A stretch of 62,979 bases of DNA, filler included, from Aduncisulcus paluster (taxonomy: Eukaryota), in assembly GCA_024181965.1 (NCBI GenBank). It is 10 parts of 10 records of this genome, joined end to end, with 100 filler letters (N's around TTAATTAATTAA, not from the genome) between each part and the next. Parts side by side here need not be neighbours in the genome. Positions count along the whole stretch, not along the records: positions 14,203 to 38,556 come from BQXS01011638.1; positions 38,657 to 42,132 come from BQXS01011639.1; 8 more parts are not named here. One strand, written 5' to 3'. Position numbers and translations under genes: made by a program. This document shows, in pieces, positions 26,469 through 39,332 of this stretch (the first letter of the stretch is position 1; each line of letters opens with the position of its first letter). The notes beneath the pieces were generated by a model, which was not told where the DNA came from, searched no databases, and saw nothing but the letters and a program-made list of their open reading frames with translations.

Positions 26469-26967
26469 AACTGACTACGTTATGGTAAAATCGAATTAAA
26501 TGAGGAATTAAGTTGTTAAATTAAGTGAAGTTGAATAAATAAGAATGAAAAAATCAATATATAATCAATATGACATACTGTTGAAAGAAAAGATTCAACA
26601 TTGAAGGAAACACGAGAATCTAAAATAATAAAGTTAAGAAATACAAATAAAATAAAACAATAAATAAAATTTTCTGTAAAACTACATACCCATCAGTTCC
26701 AAATGTCAAGAAAGAAGCCAATTACTGCATTGCTTTTTCTAATTGCTAGATTCGACATAAGTGAAATGAATATTTAGTAAAATGATATTTACTATTCGAA
26801 AATGTCATCGAAATCTCTAAATAACTTCGACAAACAACAAGATTTTCTATTTGGCTTTTTTGGTTGGTTGTAACTAAATATTTTCTGAAATTTCATTTGT
26901 AACAAGTATTATATTGACTGTATAATCCTCTACGAAGTATATTTTACGAAAATTTAATCAAATTAAT

Positions 26968-27606
26968 ATGGATCAAGATATCAAGCTCCAGAGAGCTTTA
27001 TTCGCCAAGAAAAAGCATGATATGTGGGAAAAGGCTGAAACAAAACGTATATTATCTCAGCTAAGAGCTGAACAATGGCAGAAGAAAAGATTGGAAGAGA
27101 GAAAAGCTGCTTCTCGAAAGACTTTTGCTGAAACTCGCCGTAGTTTGGTAGGTTTGGCATGGTCTGGTCATACATCTCGGTTATTACTTCCAGCACCTGG
27201 AGATGCACATCTTTCAGCTGCTTTATCCACCTCTTTACCTCATACTCATAGAAGAGAATTTGCAGAGGTATCTGCTGACAATTCAAGACGAATGGCTGCT
27301 ATTATTGAGGCATCCAAGAAAAGACAAGAAAGAGACACCCAATATGTTATTGAATTAGCAAAGTCAAAGAAGACTGAGGAGGATAGGAAAAAATATGAGA
27401 AGCAACGAAGAATGGAAGAAATATTCAACAAAAGGAAAGCTGAAAGCGAGGAACGTGAAATCAAAAAACAACAACTTGAACTTCTTCAAGCTCGGCGTCT
27501 CGCAAATATTTCTAAACGGGAGTATGACAAACAGGCCAAGCATAAATTATGGTGGAGGGAAAAGGAACAACAACTTCATGAACAAACCCGAAAGCCAATT
27601 AAATAG
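26968..27606 (+). CDS. Basic coiled-coil hypothetical protein (212 aa)
   Basis: Complete ATG-TAG ORF with K/R/E-rich helical composition, divergent from VPS8 across an AT-rich spacer. Confidence 0.75.
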   Translation: MDQDIKLQRALFAKKKHDMWEKAETKRILSQLRAEQWQKKRLEERKAASRKTFAETRRSLVGLAWSGHTSRLLLPAPGDAHLSAALSTSLPHTHRREFAEVSADNSRRMAAIIEASKKRQERDTQYVIELAKSKKTEEDRKKYEKQRRMEEIFNKRKAESEEREIKKQQLELLQARRLANISKREYDKQAKHKLWWREKEQQLHEQTRKPIK

Positions 27607-27816
27607 ACCTCCCTTTTTGTATTATATTTGATCTGTGATCTTGAAAACTACTAGTTTTAAATAGTATTTCAAGAAATATGAAGGGAATAAAATTATTATT
27701 CTTCCATTATCTTTGAAAAAAATATTTTTTCTTTCCGTAAAATAACCTTAAAATTGCTCAATTCATTGAAAATTGATGAGTTTTCTTTGATATTTGACAA
27801 ATAATAATTTTTTATC

Positions 27817-27900
27817 CCTTCTATAGCTCAATTGGAAGAGCATCTGACTGTAGATTTGCTAGAAATCAGAGGGTTCCTGGTTCGAGTCCGGGTGGAAGGA
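27817..27900 (+). tRNA. trnY: tRNA-Tyr(GTA) with an 11-nt intron at 37/38 (27854-27864)
   Basis: Acceptor CCTTCTA/TGGAAGG+A73 (C1-G72), D-arm TAGCTCAATTGGAAGAGC, anticodon stem TCTGA-CTGTAG[ATTTGCTAGAA]A-TCAGA, T-arm CCTGG-TTCGAGT-CCGGG, followed by a T5 terminator. Confidence 0.95.
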
Positions 27901-28291
27901 TTTTTGCAATGCTTACATACGATACAACAATATCAGGTGTGGCATATGGAACATTGCCGGAACTCGATATGAGTGTATTATATTCAGTAAATTTGTGCGC
28001 TATATCCAATAGGGTATCATTAACCCACATCAGGAATCCAAACGTCGACAGAATACAATAAATTATTGAAATTGTATTCTTACGTCATATAGATTTTACT
28101 GTTTATTTTGATGAAGTTCGTGTGAGTTTCACTGACTCGAACTCTGAATGAGCTAAAAATCTGTATGGACAGAATTTTTCTTCCTTTTGAAAAAACAAAT
28201 CAAGTATGTTGCATTAAATATCATTTCTTTGCTCTATATTTCCTTTTTATTAACCATCAATTTCTGCCTTACATTTTTATTGAACGTCAGA

Positions 28292-28726
28292 ATGTTCGGT
28301 CAACCTCCCTTCGGTGGTCCTCCTCCTCATGGAGGTCCTCAGCCTGGCTTCGGCGGCCCTCAACCCGGATTTGGTGGTCCTGGCTTCGGCGGCCCTCAAC
28401 CCGGATTTGGTGGGCCTCAACCCGGATTTGGTGGGCCTCAGCCTGGATTTGGTGGGCCTCAGCCTGGATTTGGTGGGCCTCAGCCTGGATTTGGTGGGCC
28501 TCAGCCTGGATTTGGCGGGCCTCAGCCTGGATTCGGTGGATCTCAGCCTGGATTTGGTGGTCCTGGATTTGGTGGTCCCCAACCTCATCATGGTCCTTCC
28601 CATGGTGGTCCCCATGGTGGTCCTCATGGTGGTCCCCATGGTGGTCCTCATGGTGGTCCCCATGGTGGTCCTCATGGTGGTCCCTCCCATGGTGGTCCTC
28701 ATGGTGGTCCTCATGGTGGTTTCTAA
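28292..28726 (+). CDS. Gly/Pro-rich low-complexity repeat protein (PQPGFGG and PHGG repeats), 144 aa
   Basis: ATG at 28292, TAA at 28724-28726. Differences between repeat units are almost all third-position synonymous in this frame (CAG/CAA, GGC/GGA/GGT/GGG, TTC/TTT, CCC/CCT). Confidence 0.85.
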   Translation: MFGQPPFGGPPPHGGPQPGFGGPQPGFGGPGFGGPQPGFGGPQPGFGGPQPGFGGPQPGFGGPQPGFGGPQPGFGGPQPGFGGSQPGFGGPGFGGPQPHHGPSHGGPHGGPHGGPHGGPHGGPHGGPHGGPSHGGPHGGPHGGF

Positions 28727-29039
28727 TAAGTTATAAGTCCTTCCACAATCATCTACGTTAATAATCAATTAGATATTTTGTATGAATTTCAAATCGGCAT
28801 GTCTTTTCGTATTCTAGTAAATACTCCGTGTAATCACTAATTAGATCTAGCACTGGCAGTGCTTGTTTCCTGATTCATTTCAATTTTTCTGGGAAATTAT
28901 CCAAGTTAATAAAAATAAAATTGATTGATTATTCAAAATATCCAACAGAAAAAGGAGTGGTTTGATGAAATCAATCTTATCTCTTTTTGGTAACGCTTGC
29001 CAGACTCATTTTTGCTTATATCTATCCCATCTTTAATAT

Positions 29040-32000
29040 ATGGGCCAATTCAAGGGATTATTTTACAAGAATTATCTTGTATTGAAGACTCAAAAGATCA
29101 ACTCATTATGCCTTATTCTCTTTCCTTCAATTATTTTTTCTTTGCTTTATCTTACTATTTCACTCGTTTTCCTCAAATCAATCCCGGGAGATGTGACAGG
29201 AATCGCTTTAGATCCTGCCCCAAAGTGTCAAGTATACACAGAAGAAGGACTCGTTATTCCTGATCATCCATGCATCACTCTTGCTTATGCTCCAAAAGAT
29301 GATCCTCTTGCAACTCAACTTGCTCATGGAGTTGCAAAATTGAATGGATGGGATATCAGTGAAGTCGTTGGATTTGATACAGAGGCCGATATTGTTTCAT
29401 ATGCTTTCAGAACTCAATTTCCAAATGAAAAGGAGCTTTGGCCTCTTGGACTTGCAATAGGAGAAAATATTCCCGATTTTTTCTTTGATGAAGTTGAATT
29501 ATCCGTATCCGATTTTTCCGATGATTCATCTGATGTTAATGATCTTTATCGTGCAAAATTGGCATCTTTATTAACATTCTCACAGAAATTGGGCGCAAAA
29601 AGTTCAGCCTCATTACCACAATCAGAGAAATTAACCACAGTCGATGCTCCAATTGACAAGGATCCATTTATTGATAACTTTGAGGAAGCTCCGACTGCTT
29701 CTTTTGGCAATTCTTTTATTTCCCAAGCCGATATTCCAATATTTTATGCTCTTACATTGAATACAAATGATGAACATTTTCTCCTCCGAGATTCTGATTC
29801 TGGCGAATCTCTTCCCCCAAATTCCTATCCAACTGCCCTAGGCTTTCCCTCTACCTTTCAATATCATATGTTCTTTAATACTACGGATATTGATCATGGT
29901 TGGTTCGTCAGGGAAGATCCTTTAGCTCAATATGCAGACGATAATATGTTCACAACACAGCGTGCTCTACAGATGCAAATGGCTGTCCATGATGTCATAA
30001 CTCGAATGATTGGTGGCATTGGGAATGCTGGGCGGACAGATACTATGGGATCTGAGGTAGATGAAAATGATTCAACTTCATCCGGATTCTCTCTTCCTCT
30101 CACTCATTCTCCTACTTTTGCGAGACTTCCTGAAATATCTCAAGCTCAAGCGGTGAAAGAGGAAGAATTTGTTAATATTACTCTTTTGGCATGCTCAGCT
30201 GTGTGGTTTATTCTTGCTGTAAGTATGCCTCTCCGTGAAAGGACAAGCAAACGAGGTGTGTCTCTCCGGTTACTTGGTGCAAATGAGACAATCAATACCA
30301 TTGTTTGGATTATTTCACTCTCATTCTTGGGTATCTTATCTGCTTTGTTGCAATGCGTTGTAAACAAATGGATCTTTCCGATTGCACCATTTTCACAGAG
30401 TGATTTCTGGTTTCTTTTTCCATTTTTTGCATTTCTTTATATTTCTCTTGCTGCTTTTGCTGTTTTTTTGGTTGCACTCATTCCTTCTTTCTCAACCTGT
30501 CTCGTTGTTTCTATTTTTATCTCACTTTTTGTAATAGNNNNNNNNNNNNNNNNNNNNGTATCTTATCTGCTTTGTTGCAATGCGTTGTAAACAAATGGAT
30601 CTTTCCGATTGCACCATTTTCACAGAGTGATTTCTGGTTTCTTTTTCCATTTTTTGCATTTCTTTATATTTCTCTTGCTGCTTTTGCTGTTTTTTTGGTT
30701 GCACTCATTCCTTCTTTCTCAACCTGTCTCGTTGTTTCTATTTTTATCTCACTTTTTGTAATAGCAGGCTTATCTATTCCCTCAATCTCGAATACCCCCT
30801 TTGTGACATATGATAATACGGCCTTACCTCTTCCAAGAGCCTTTGAATGGATTCATCCAGCCTTTGCCTTCTTCGCACCGGTTGGAAGTGTATCCTCATT
30901 ATGCAATCCAGATATTCAAGCTATGTTAGAGCAATATGAAGCTGGGAATGTATTGACAAACAGTGGGAAAATTGGAAAAAATGATGACAATATTTTTAAT
31001 TCGAATTCTAAATTGAATACCGATTTCGATCAGTCTGATATAGATTCGGAATCAAGGACTAACTTTAAAAGATTCTCAGCTGCGTTTTCATTTGATGAGG
31101 AATCATATGATTCTCAGAATAATAATATCCAATCCGATGACGATTCTTCATCCATCACATATGTCACTTCTCTATATTTTGAAACATCGTGTATCTGGAC
31201 TGATACGGAGTGTTACGACTACCATCATATTGAAATGCCATGCATCGGTGTTGATATCGATGACATAGGCACTTGTTGGTATAATGTCCCCTTGTTTGGC
31301 CTTGGAATCGTAGAGATGTTTGTTCAAACCATCATGTATTCCATCTTGGCTATATATTTTATCAATGTCATCCCTGTTGATGGACTTGTGACATACCCGG
31401 CGTGGTTTATATTTGATAAAAGGTTTTGGGAATTTATAAGGTCCCAAAATAGAAAGGATGAGAATGTTGATATCGACAATACAAATACAAATTTCACCCT
31501 TAACGAAGGAATTGATATTCATGATGATCAAAGTTCTCGTGAATCTTCTTCTTCTCCTCGTCATGCATCTTTGCAGTCGATTTCACCTGGTATTTTATCC
31601 TTTGAGGCTCTTGAATTCTTCCGGAAGCTAAAAGATGTAATTGCTTCCAACAATGGAGGAACTGAATCCATTGCTTCATTTCAACAGCAATCTGGGAGTT
31701 TGTTGTTAGATAAAGGCGAAGAATCAATCGGCCCGGATGGTGAAGAATCGGATCATTTCAAGATACTCCAGCGATGTGATAATTTAGAGGATCTTGATGT
31801 AAATACAGAGGAATATCGGGAAGGTAAGAAGGTCTTCCTGGAGAAATGCGATAAACGTTTAGTCCCTCTTCTCTCTTCCATCCCATCATGGCCCTTTGTT
31901 CACATTAATCAAGAGAGAGAGGTCGGATCTACTACTAGTGTTCCAGTATTATCTTGCCATGATGTGAGTAAGACATATTCAACCCATTCTTGTTCATCCA

Positions 32001-35000
32001 AGTGTAAGAAGGATAACAATAAGAATAATGAAAATAATGGCGTTGTCTCAGCTTTGAAACACTTGTCTTTGGCTCTGTTTCCTTCCAGAATAACATCTCT
32101 GTGTGGAAACAGTGGAAGTGGGAAGACGACCGCTGTTCGTGTTCTCACTGGGGAAGAGATGTGTGATGTCCGACAGGGAGCCCATGTTATTCTATATGGA
32201 ACTTCTGTGAGTGAGAATCCATATCATGCAAGGAAAGTCAAGACTCAAGTTGGAGTTGGTCCTCAAACAAATGAATACGTCTGGCCAAATGTGACTGTAA
32301 GAGAACATTTACAGTTTGTTTGGCTGCTTAAAGGTTTTCCTGGGTTTAAAAATACTCATAACAGGTGTTTTATTAGCAAAGAAAATGCTCTATATCGTGA
32401 AGATGGTGAACTATTTGATATCTTTGAAGGCATTCCTTTCTCCGTTCTTGTTGATGTGTTCTCATTCTCTTTGCTCCGTTCTTTCCATCTCCTGCATAAA
32501 CTCCATATCCATGCCAATAACCTCAGTGGTGGAGAACAACGTCGTGTTTGTGGAAGTATGGCATGTTCCTGTGTGTCTCCTCTCATTGTTCTTGATGAAG
32601 TCGGTACCGGTTTAGACTTTATGACTCGTCGTACTCTGACTCGAACCCTCAAACGTCATGCCAATGCTGGATGTTCTGTTCTATTTACTTCTCATGATCT
32701 TGATGATGTGGAACGAATGAGCGATGAAGTAATTATTCTTCGAGATGGCAGTACAATTGCTCGAGGAAATCCAAAATCTATTCAATTGTGTGAACTTGAT
32801 GGTCATTATTTTCCATCACATTCTATTCCTTCCTTGCCATCCATTGAATCTTCTTCTTCCTTATCCTCTCATATAATTCAACGAGTCGATGATAACGAAC
32901 ATGCGTCTTCATCCCATGGCAACACGGACATTGATATTTCCGACTCTGATTCTGGGAATTTGATCCTCAAACAAGGATCAACCTATCTTGAACATGGAAT
33001 GATTGTTATGATTCGAATTCCGTCCTCTTCCACCATTGCTGGACATGAATGCAGTATGTCTTTGAATGAATTTATGTCTTATGTTTTGCTTGATAAGGAA
33101 GAAGATTCTGAAGATAAGGATAAGGAGGGAGACGAAGAGGAAACCGATGGAACAGATCATTCATATATTTTGACTCCTATTGTTCTAAATCTGTTCAAAA
33201 AGAGTGTTCGAATCTGTTTACACCAACGTGATGTTGGAGCATTCGTCAGACAAGTGAAGCATTTGAGTACCAAACTTCATATGGTTGTTAATTGTAGTGT
33301 TCGAAGCCAAAACCTCGAAGATACTTTCCTCTTTATTGATAGATTAAACTATATTCAACAATCTTTCGATATTGCCACCGAAAATGAAGAAGATGTTGAT
33401 GTACAAACCATTTTTATTCATGCCAATGATGAATTTGTTATTGGATCCGATTCAAGCAAGGTTAGGAAGGAATTAGATATTATTCGAAACAAATTCGCTG
33501 AATCATCTATGCAAATCACTTCCCCTTCCACCGATAAGAACAAGGATAATAGTTTATCCTCTATTAATCCTTCTCGGATGTTATTTTGGATTAGAATCAG
33601 AGCACTTGTCACCAAACATATTTCATCAACCCTCATTCCGTTCTCAGTGACAGTGGTGGGTGCTCTAATTGCTCTTGTTTTCCTCCACTCCATCTTCCAA
33701 GCTGGAGATAATTTGAATCAGGTGATGCAAATGGCTTCAGATGCGACTTCTCTGAGTCGGTCAACAAGCAAATGTCTTTCGAGTTGTCGCGATCGTTTTA
33801 ATGATGTGCATGATGATGATAACGCGTCAAATTACGACGATGCAACAATACTCATGATGTGCGTTGAGGCCCGTTACGATGGTTGGTCAGCCCTAGTTGA
33901 TAATTGCAATACTTTCTTTATGTATTTCCCTGTTTCCGTTGATATGCGGGATCAATTGGCTAATTCCCAGTCCTCTTTCTTCACGTATGATCACAATGAT
34001 TACCAACGAGTATGGTGGAATAATATGAGTCACGGAGTGTTGCAGATTCTTGAGCCTGATAATAGTGTGATCGATGAAGATAATTCTGTTCATATCAATG
34101 ATATTGGCAACTTTTATAGTACTCAGAATCCTCCTTTTGGAATCTCGTCGAATAGAGTGTGGACTTTGAACGCTTATGGAGAGTATTATTCCGATTCACA
34201 TTATCAAACAAAACTTGATGCTATTCGAACTATTTATGAACAGAACCCTGAACTTGTAGATCCCCATTGTGCACTTGGAAACGGCATTGTGAGTACCGAT
34301 TCACATTATTTCAGTTCTGATGGTCTCATGACGTTCTTCTCTGCAGGATACTATTGGCAAATGAGTCAATCTTCCCGTCAATACACCGCTCAATGTTATA
34401 TGCAATGTTATTATGAATTAATTGACTTGGGACTTACTGACGATGAAATGCAGATTTTGTTTGATGAGTGTGCTGATGCTTTGATTGTACCATATGAGCG
34501 TGAACATGGAGACGAGTTAGCATTCCAAAGATTTGAATATATCGTGCAAAATACCTTACCAAGTTGCAATTTCCGTTCTTCTTATCATGATAAATGCCAA
34601 TCGGGAGAATCAATCACAGTATCAGAGTTCCATGAGGATATTTTGTACTCTCAATCCACTGAAAGACCAGTGGGATTGATGAAATATTCTGATTTCCAGG
34701 ATTATGACTCCTACAATGATGTCTCTCAAATCTTTCCTGTTGCGGGATTGGAATTGAAAGAATATTTTTACTATCTGCCTCTTGATGTTGATTCAATAGA
34801 AAGTGGTGATCTTGAATATTCCCTGAAATTCACTTTGCATACTTATCTTCCTCATTACCTTGTTCGAAGATACACTCGTTTGCAGACATCAATGAACGTA
34901 TATTTCGATTCTCCATACAACTCTGGTTATTTAAATATGGTGGGAACTTATTCCGATGATCCATTTTATCCACCAGTGTTCCATCCTGAAAAAACTACCT

Positions 35001-37411
35001 TCTGGTTTGAACTCGACACTGATATCGCCCAGTTATTCCCATTTTTATTCAACACTCTCACGGATCTCACGGCTAGACTTGTGTCCACACATATTTCTGA
35101 GCTCCTTCACCTCCGTACATACCTTCAATATATCGATGCCATTTCTTTCCCTTTATCAAGATCAAGCTCTCTTCAGTGTGGAAAGCGAGTATTATTCGGC
35201 TCTGAAGCCAACTATGATGCTTATGTTCAGAATGCTGATGGAGATTATTCCGAGAGTTACCTTTACGATGTGCCAGCATGTTCCAAACTCCCTATCGAAC
35301 TATCCCCTGCGAGTGTCACTATCGAGGGAGATGCTCGCAGATTGCCTGAAAAACTGAGATCTGGAAGGTATTTCATAAATATTGGACTTATTTTTCTTTC
35401 TCTTATCTTTTCTTTCTTCGTTGTGATCGTTTCAGTCGTTCTTTTGATGGACATTGCAACCAACACCAATAAGAAGTTTCTGAAACTTCATGGTATAAGT
35501 TCTTCTGTGATTTCTCTATCAAATATTATTTTTATTTTCATTATTTGCTTGGTATTTTCGCTTATTTTGGCTGTCATTTTGCCCACTCTTATAAATTCTT
35601 TTGACTTTACTCCAGCTGTAAGTGCCGAATTAAATCTTGCTAATGCAATTAAGGATCTTGAGAATGCCCAAACAGGTACAGATTCCCTGAGTTATGTTGT
35701 GCAGACATTTGAGACATTCTTTGATTCTTCGTCGTATCATTCTATGAAAGTTAGCTATGATATGAAATTTTGGAATAGGGTTCAATTATGGTTATCTTCA
35801 TTCTTGGTTATTTTCCTCGCTCTCCTTGCTTTCCACGCATGTGGAATGTTTTTATCAGCCATTTTCCCTTCTGAAGAGCATTTCATGAGTCTTTACATTT
35901 TTGTTTATGTTATTGGAATCCTTCTTTGTGCCGTGTGGACAGCAACTTATAAGTGTTATGATAGCGTTGAAGGTGGAGCTTTTGCCTTTTTCTTTATTTT
36001 CCCTCCTTTCACACTCTCTGTTATATTTTCAATTTTATATGACCTAATGACATCTGGGTTTTATCCTTTTTCACACGATGGGGCTAAATCTCTGTGTTTG
36101 AGGAAACTTGGTCGTTGCATTTCATTCTTGCAGGGTATATCAGTTCTTGTTCTTCAAATAATTTTTTATTTATTGTTTTATTTCTTTTTCAACTTTTTAT
36201 TTGATTATATTCAACAAAATTCTTGTAAACGGAAGTCTGATGCTAATACTTCTTCTGAAGAAAGTGAAATGCAGACTCTCAAGAAAATACGCACTCTTTC
36301 CCGTTCATTATCAACTTCTTCTGTTCAAAAGGATTTGTCTGAACATGCTTTAACAACTCAACCTTCCAGTTCTTCCCATATTTCTGTCAGTAATGTTCAT
36401 GTTGTCTATCCTAATGGAACCCATGCCGTTCGTGGTGTTAATATGGAGATTATGGAAGGTGAAATTGTTGCGTTATGTGCCAGAAATGGTGGAGGAAAGA
36501 GTTCTCTCATTGGTACTTTTACTGGACAAACACCATTAACGAGTGGAACGATCCAAATAGGCCATCATGATGTGCAGGGATGCTCGGCGATTATTGCAGG
36601 AAAAGTTGCTGTGACGCCTCAGCAAGATGTATATTGGCCAACTCTCTCCACCATTGATCATATTTATTTCTTTTCTCTTCTTCATGGTGTTAGGTTGACC
36701 CAAGATGAGGCCATGATCATTCTCAAATCTGTTGGTCTCGCCACGAGTTGTGACAAGCCTGCCAAGCAACTTAGCGGTGGCATGAAACGTCGTCTCACTC
36801 TTGCATGCTCGTTGTCAACCATTCCTTCCATTGTTCTTGCCGACGAGCCCTGCTCTGGCCTTGATCCTGCCACGAGGACTTCCATCTTGTCTGTTCTTGA
36901 GGTTGCTGCGGGAAGTAGCTGTGTGCTTCTCTCAACACATAGTCTTGGAGACGCCGAGGATTTATGTGATCATATTGTTCTAATGTCACATGGGACTGTC
37001 GTGAAGCAGGGTGGAAGTTCCGAGATGAAGGAAGAAATGGGCGGGGGATATATTATGGAACTAAGTGCCACGAAGGAATCATCTCCCGAAGAAAAAGGAA
37101 CACGGTCTATTATCTCAACTTCTCCCATGATTAGGAACTTCAATATGTTGTCCCAGAAGCTCCTCGAACTTGGATGGACTCTGGCGCCTTATTGTGAGAA
37201 CGAATTCACTCTCAACATTACAGGTGCGAAGAGAGACGAGAAGAAAGCAGTAGTTTCTCCTTCTTGTTTCTCAATTGTTCTTCATATTGAATCTCTCGAC
37301 TCAATGCTCATTGTACTTTCTCATGCGATGGAATGTGATATGTGCATTGTAGTTAAGGAGATTAATCTCGAAGATGTAATGGAACATGTAGAGACTGTTG
37401 CAAATAGCTAA
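29040..37411 (+). CDS. Full-length ABCA-family transporter (TMD1-NBD1-TMD2-NBD2)
   Basis: N-terminal QFKGLFYKNY. NBD1 GNSGSGKTT/LSGGEQRR/VLDE. NBD2 ARNGGGKSS/LSGGMKRRL/LADEPCSGLDP. The split into two ORFs is due to the scaffold overlap 30331-30537 = 30558-30764. Confidence 0.92.
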
Positions 37412-37710
37412 GAATTCATTGCCAAGAGATCGAAAAGGAAAATATCAGATCGAGTGGCATTTACTTTGCCAAAGTAACTTTGGATATTTTTTTATTCTTT
37501 GACAACAAGTGAGAAAGGCAGAAGAAAGGGAGAGTATCAGACTATTTAATAATTAAATTTTCATTCAGATACATGGAAGCGAACAAAACTTGGGTTGAAC
37601 TAGGATTCAGATCAAGACACAGAATATTCTCTGAAAAACTTATAAAAAATACAAGAAATAGCTAAATAAACATCAAAATCTTAATTTCCAAATCCAAACT
37701 TCGACCTCTT

Positions 37711-38556
37711 TTAATTTCCACATTCAGCATCGATTGGCACGGAAGTGAAAGCAGAATACAACTCAGAGTCCACCATACAGACAGTTCCACCGCCACGGTT
37801 AGCTTGAGAGTCCATCCTGTTGATATCACCAACACACACAAACTCAGCACCAGATGCAGTATAAAGCCCGCGAGATTCGAAAGTGTCGTTTCTCTCATCC
37901 TTCATGGCCCACTTTGAATGATCTTTGGTGTAGTGCCACGTGAGATCATCCCCAAAGTCGACATCCATGACATTGGCAATAGTGTAGGTCACGGTGCTGT
38001 TATTTGAACACATGGGAGGGTATTCAGGACGCATCCATGTCTCTGTCATCATGTTGGAGAGGAAGTACTGAGACACAAAGTCATCGTACAACTGGCCATC
38101 CCATTGCTTATTCTTGGCAAAGATAAGGAAGTTGTACCCACCTCTTGAGGAGAATGGGAGTAATTCAGCTGTGGACTTTGTGGTGTGAGATACCTTGCTG
38201 ACAATGGAATAGAATTCGGAAAGAGTCTGTTCACCGACGGTGGGGAGATTTTTGACATAATAAGAAGGGTAAATATCATAAAGATATTGAGAAACAGTGT
38301 CATTCAAAATGTCTGCATTCACATCCATACAGAGGAAAGATTGTCCATAAATAGCCTCATCATCAGGGTATTGATAAGTGTCCTCGGTAAATGGAGAGTG
38401 AGGGAAAGATGGAACCGAGTGAACAAGCCAGAAACCGGTACCAGAACTCACATCAAAGGCAATAACACCTTTAGCATGAGCCTTGTAAGAATCTGAGGTT
38501 CCATCATCATGCTCATCGTTATACATAATGACAACGGTTTCATCATAATCAGAAAG
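37711..38556 (-). CDS. DNASE2: Deoxyribonuclease II (DNase II/plancitoxin family), 5'-partial
   Basis: HAKGV, GFWLVHSVPSFP, YGQSFLC, KDHSKW and CVGDINRMDSQANRGGGTVC signature motifs. Confidence 0.95.
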   Translation of the reverse strand, partial: LSDYDETVVIMYNDEHDDGTSDSYKAHAKGVIAFDVSSGTGFWLVHSVPSFPHSPFTEDTYQYPDDEAIYGQSFLCMDVNADILNDTVSQYLYDIYPSYYVKNLPTVGEQTLSEFYSIVSKVSHTTKSTAELLPFSSRGGYNFLIFAKNKQWDGQLYDDFVSQYFLSNMMTETWMRPEYPPMCSNNSTVTYTIANVMDVDFGDDLTWHYTKDHSKWAMKDERNDTFESRGLYTASGAEFVCVGDINRMDSQANRGGGTVCMVDSELYSAFTSVPIDAECGN

Positions 38557-38656
38557 NNNNNNNNNNNNNNNNNNNNNNNNNNNNNNNNNNNNNNNNNNNN
38601 TTAATTAATTAANNNNNNNNNNNNNNNNNNNNNNNNNNNNNNNNNNNNNNNNNNNN

Positions 38657-39332
38657 AGAGAGTGGCGAATTTGGTGAGGGTGAAACCCCAACCATGAAGA
38701 CCAGAACCGAAAGCAACAGTTCCCTTTTCAGGACCAACAGTAAGTCTGTCAGCAGAACCCTCATCACTGTAGGTCTGGATCTGAAGGTTAACGTTCTCAA
38801 TAACACGACGGAAGGTTTGGTAGGCTTCTTCGGGGTCAAGTTGTAACTCAAGAATAACACGATCAAGCTTGTTAAGCATAAGAACGGGTCTAACACGCTC
38901 TTGAAGACTCTGTCTAAGAACAGTTTCGGTCTGAACACACACACCTTCGATACAGTCGACAACAACAAGAGAACCATCAGTAACACGAAGAGCAGCAGTA
39001 ACCTCAGAGGAGAAATCGACGTGTCCCGGAGAATCGATCAAGTTGATCAAGTAACCTCTACGAGTGGATTCCTCAGCACCAGGGGCAAGGTATTGGTAAT
39101 AAAGAGACACACCAGTACTTTTGATTGTAACACCACGAGCCTGCTCATCTTCACGAGTATCGGTAAAACGGGCTTCACCGGCTCTAGAAGCAGCGATGAT
39201 ACCAGCCTCACTGATAAGACTGTCGGTAAGAGTACTCTTACCGTGATCGACGTGAGCGATAACTGACATGTTACGGATGAATTCCGCGTCAGACATAGCT
39301 TTGACCATTTCTTCAACAGTAAAGTTCACCAT
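38657..39332 (-). CDS. EEF2: Eukaryotic translation elongation factor 2, 3'-partial
   Basis: MVNFTVEEM...[66 protein letters not shown]. Confidence 0.98.

Noticed and set aside
27909..28061. 50-aa ORF just downstream of tRNA-Tyr, and a 23-aa ORF at 11457
   Set aside because: No recognisable motif, and lengths are within chance expectation.
28330..28720. Regular short repeats as a possible CRISPR array
   Set aside because: Head-to-tail coding repeats with no unique spacers, eukaryotic context, and no cas genes.
28165..28768. Overlapping Trp-rich, Val/Leu-rich and Thr/Met-rich ORFs over the repeat gene
   Set aside because: Alternative frames stay open because the repeat lacks stops. Only the Gly/Pro frame shows synonymous variation.
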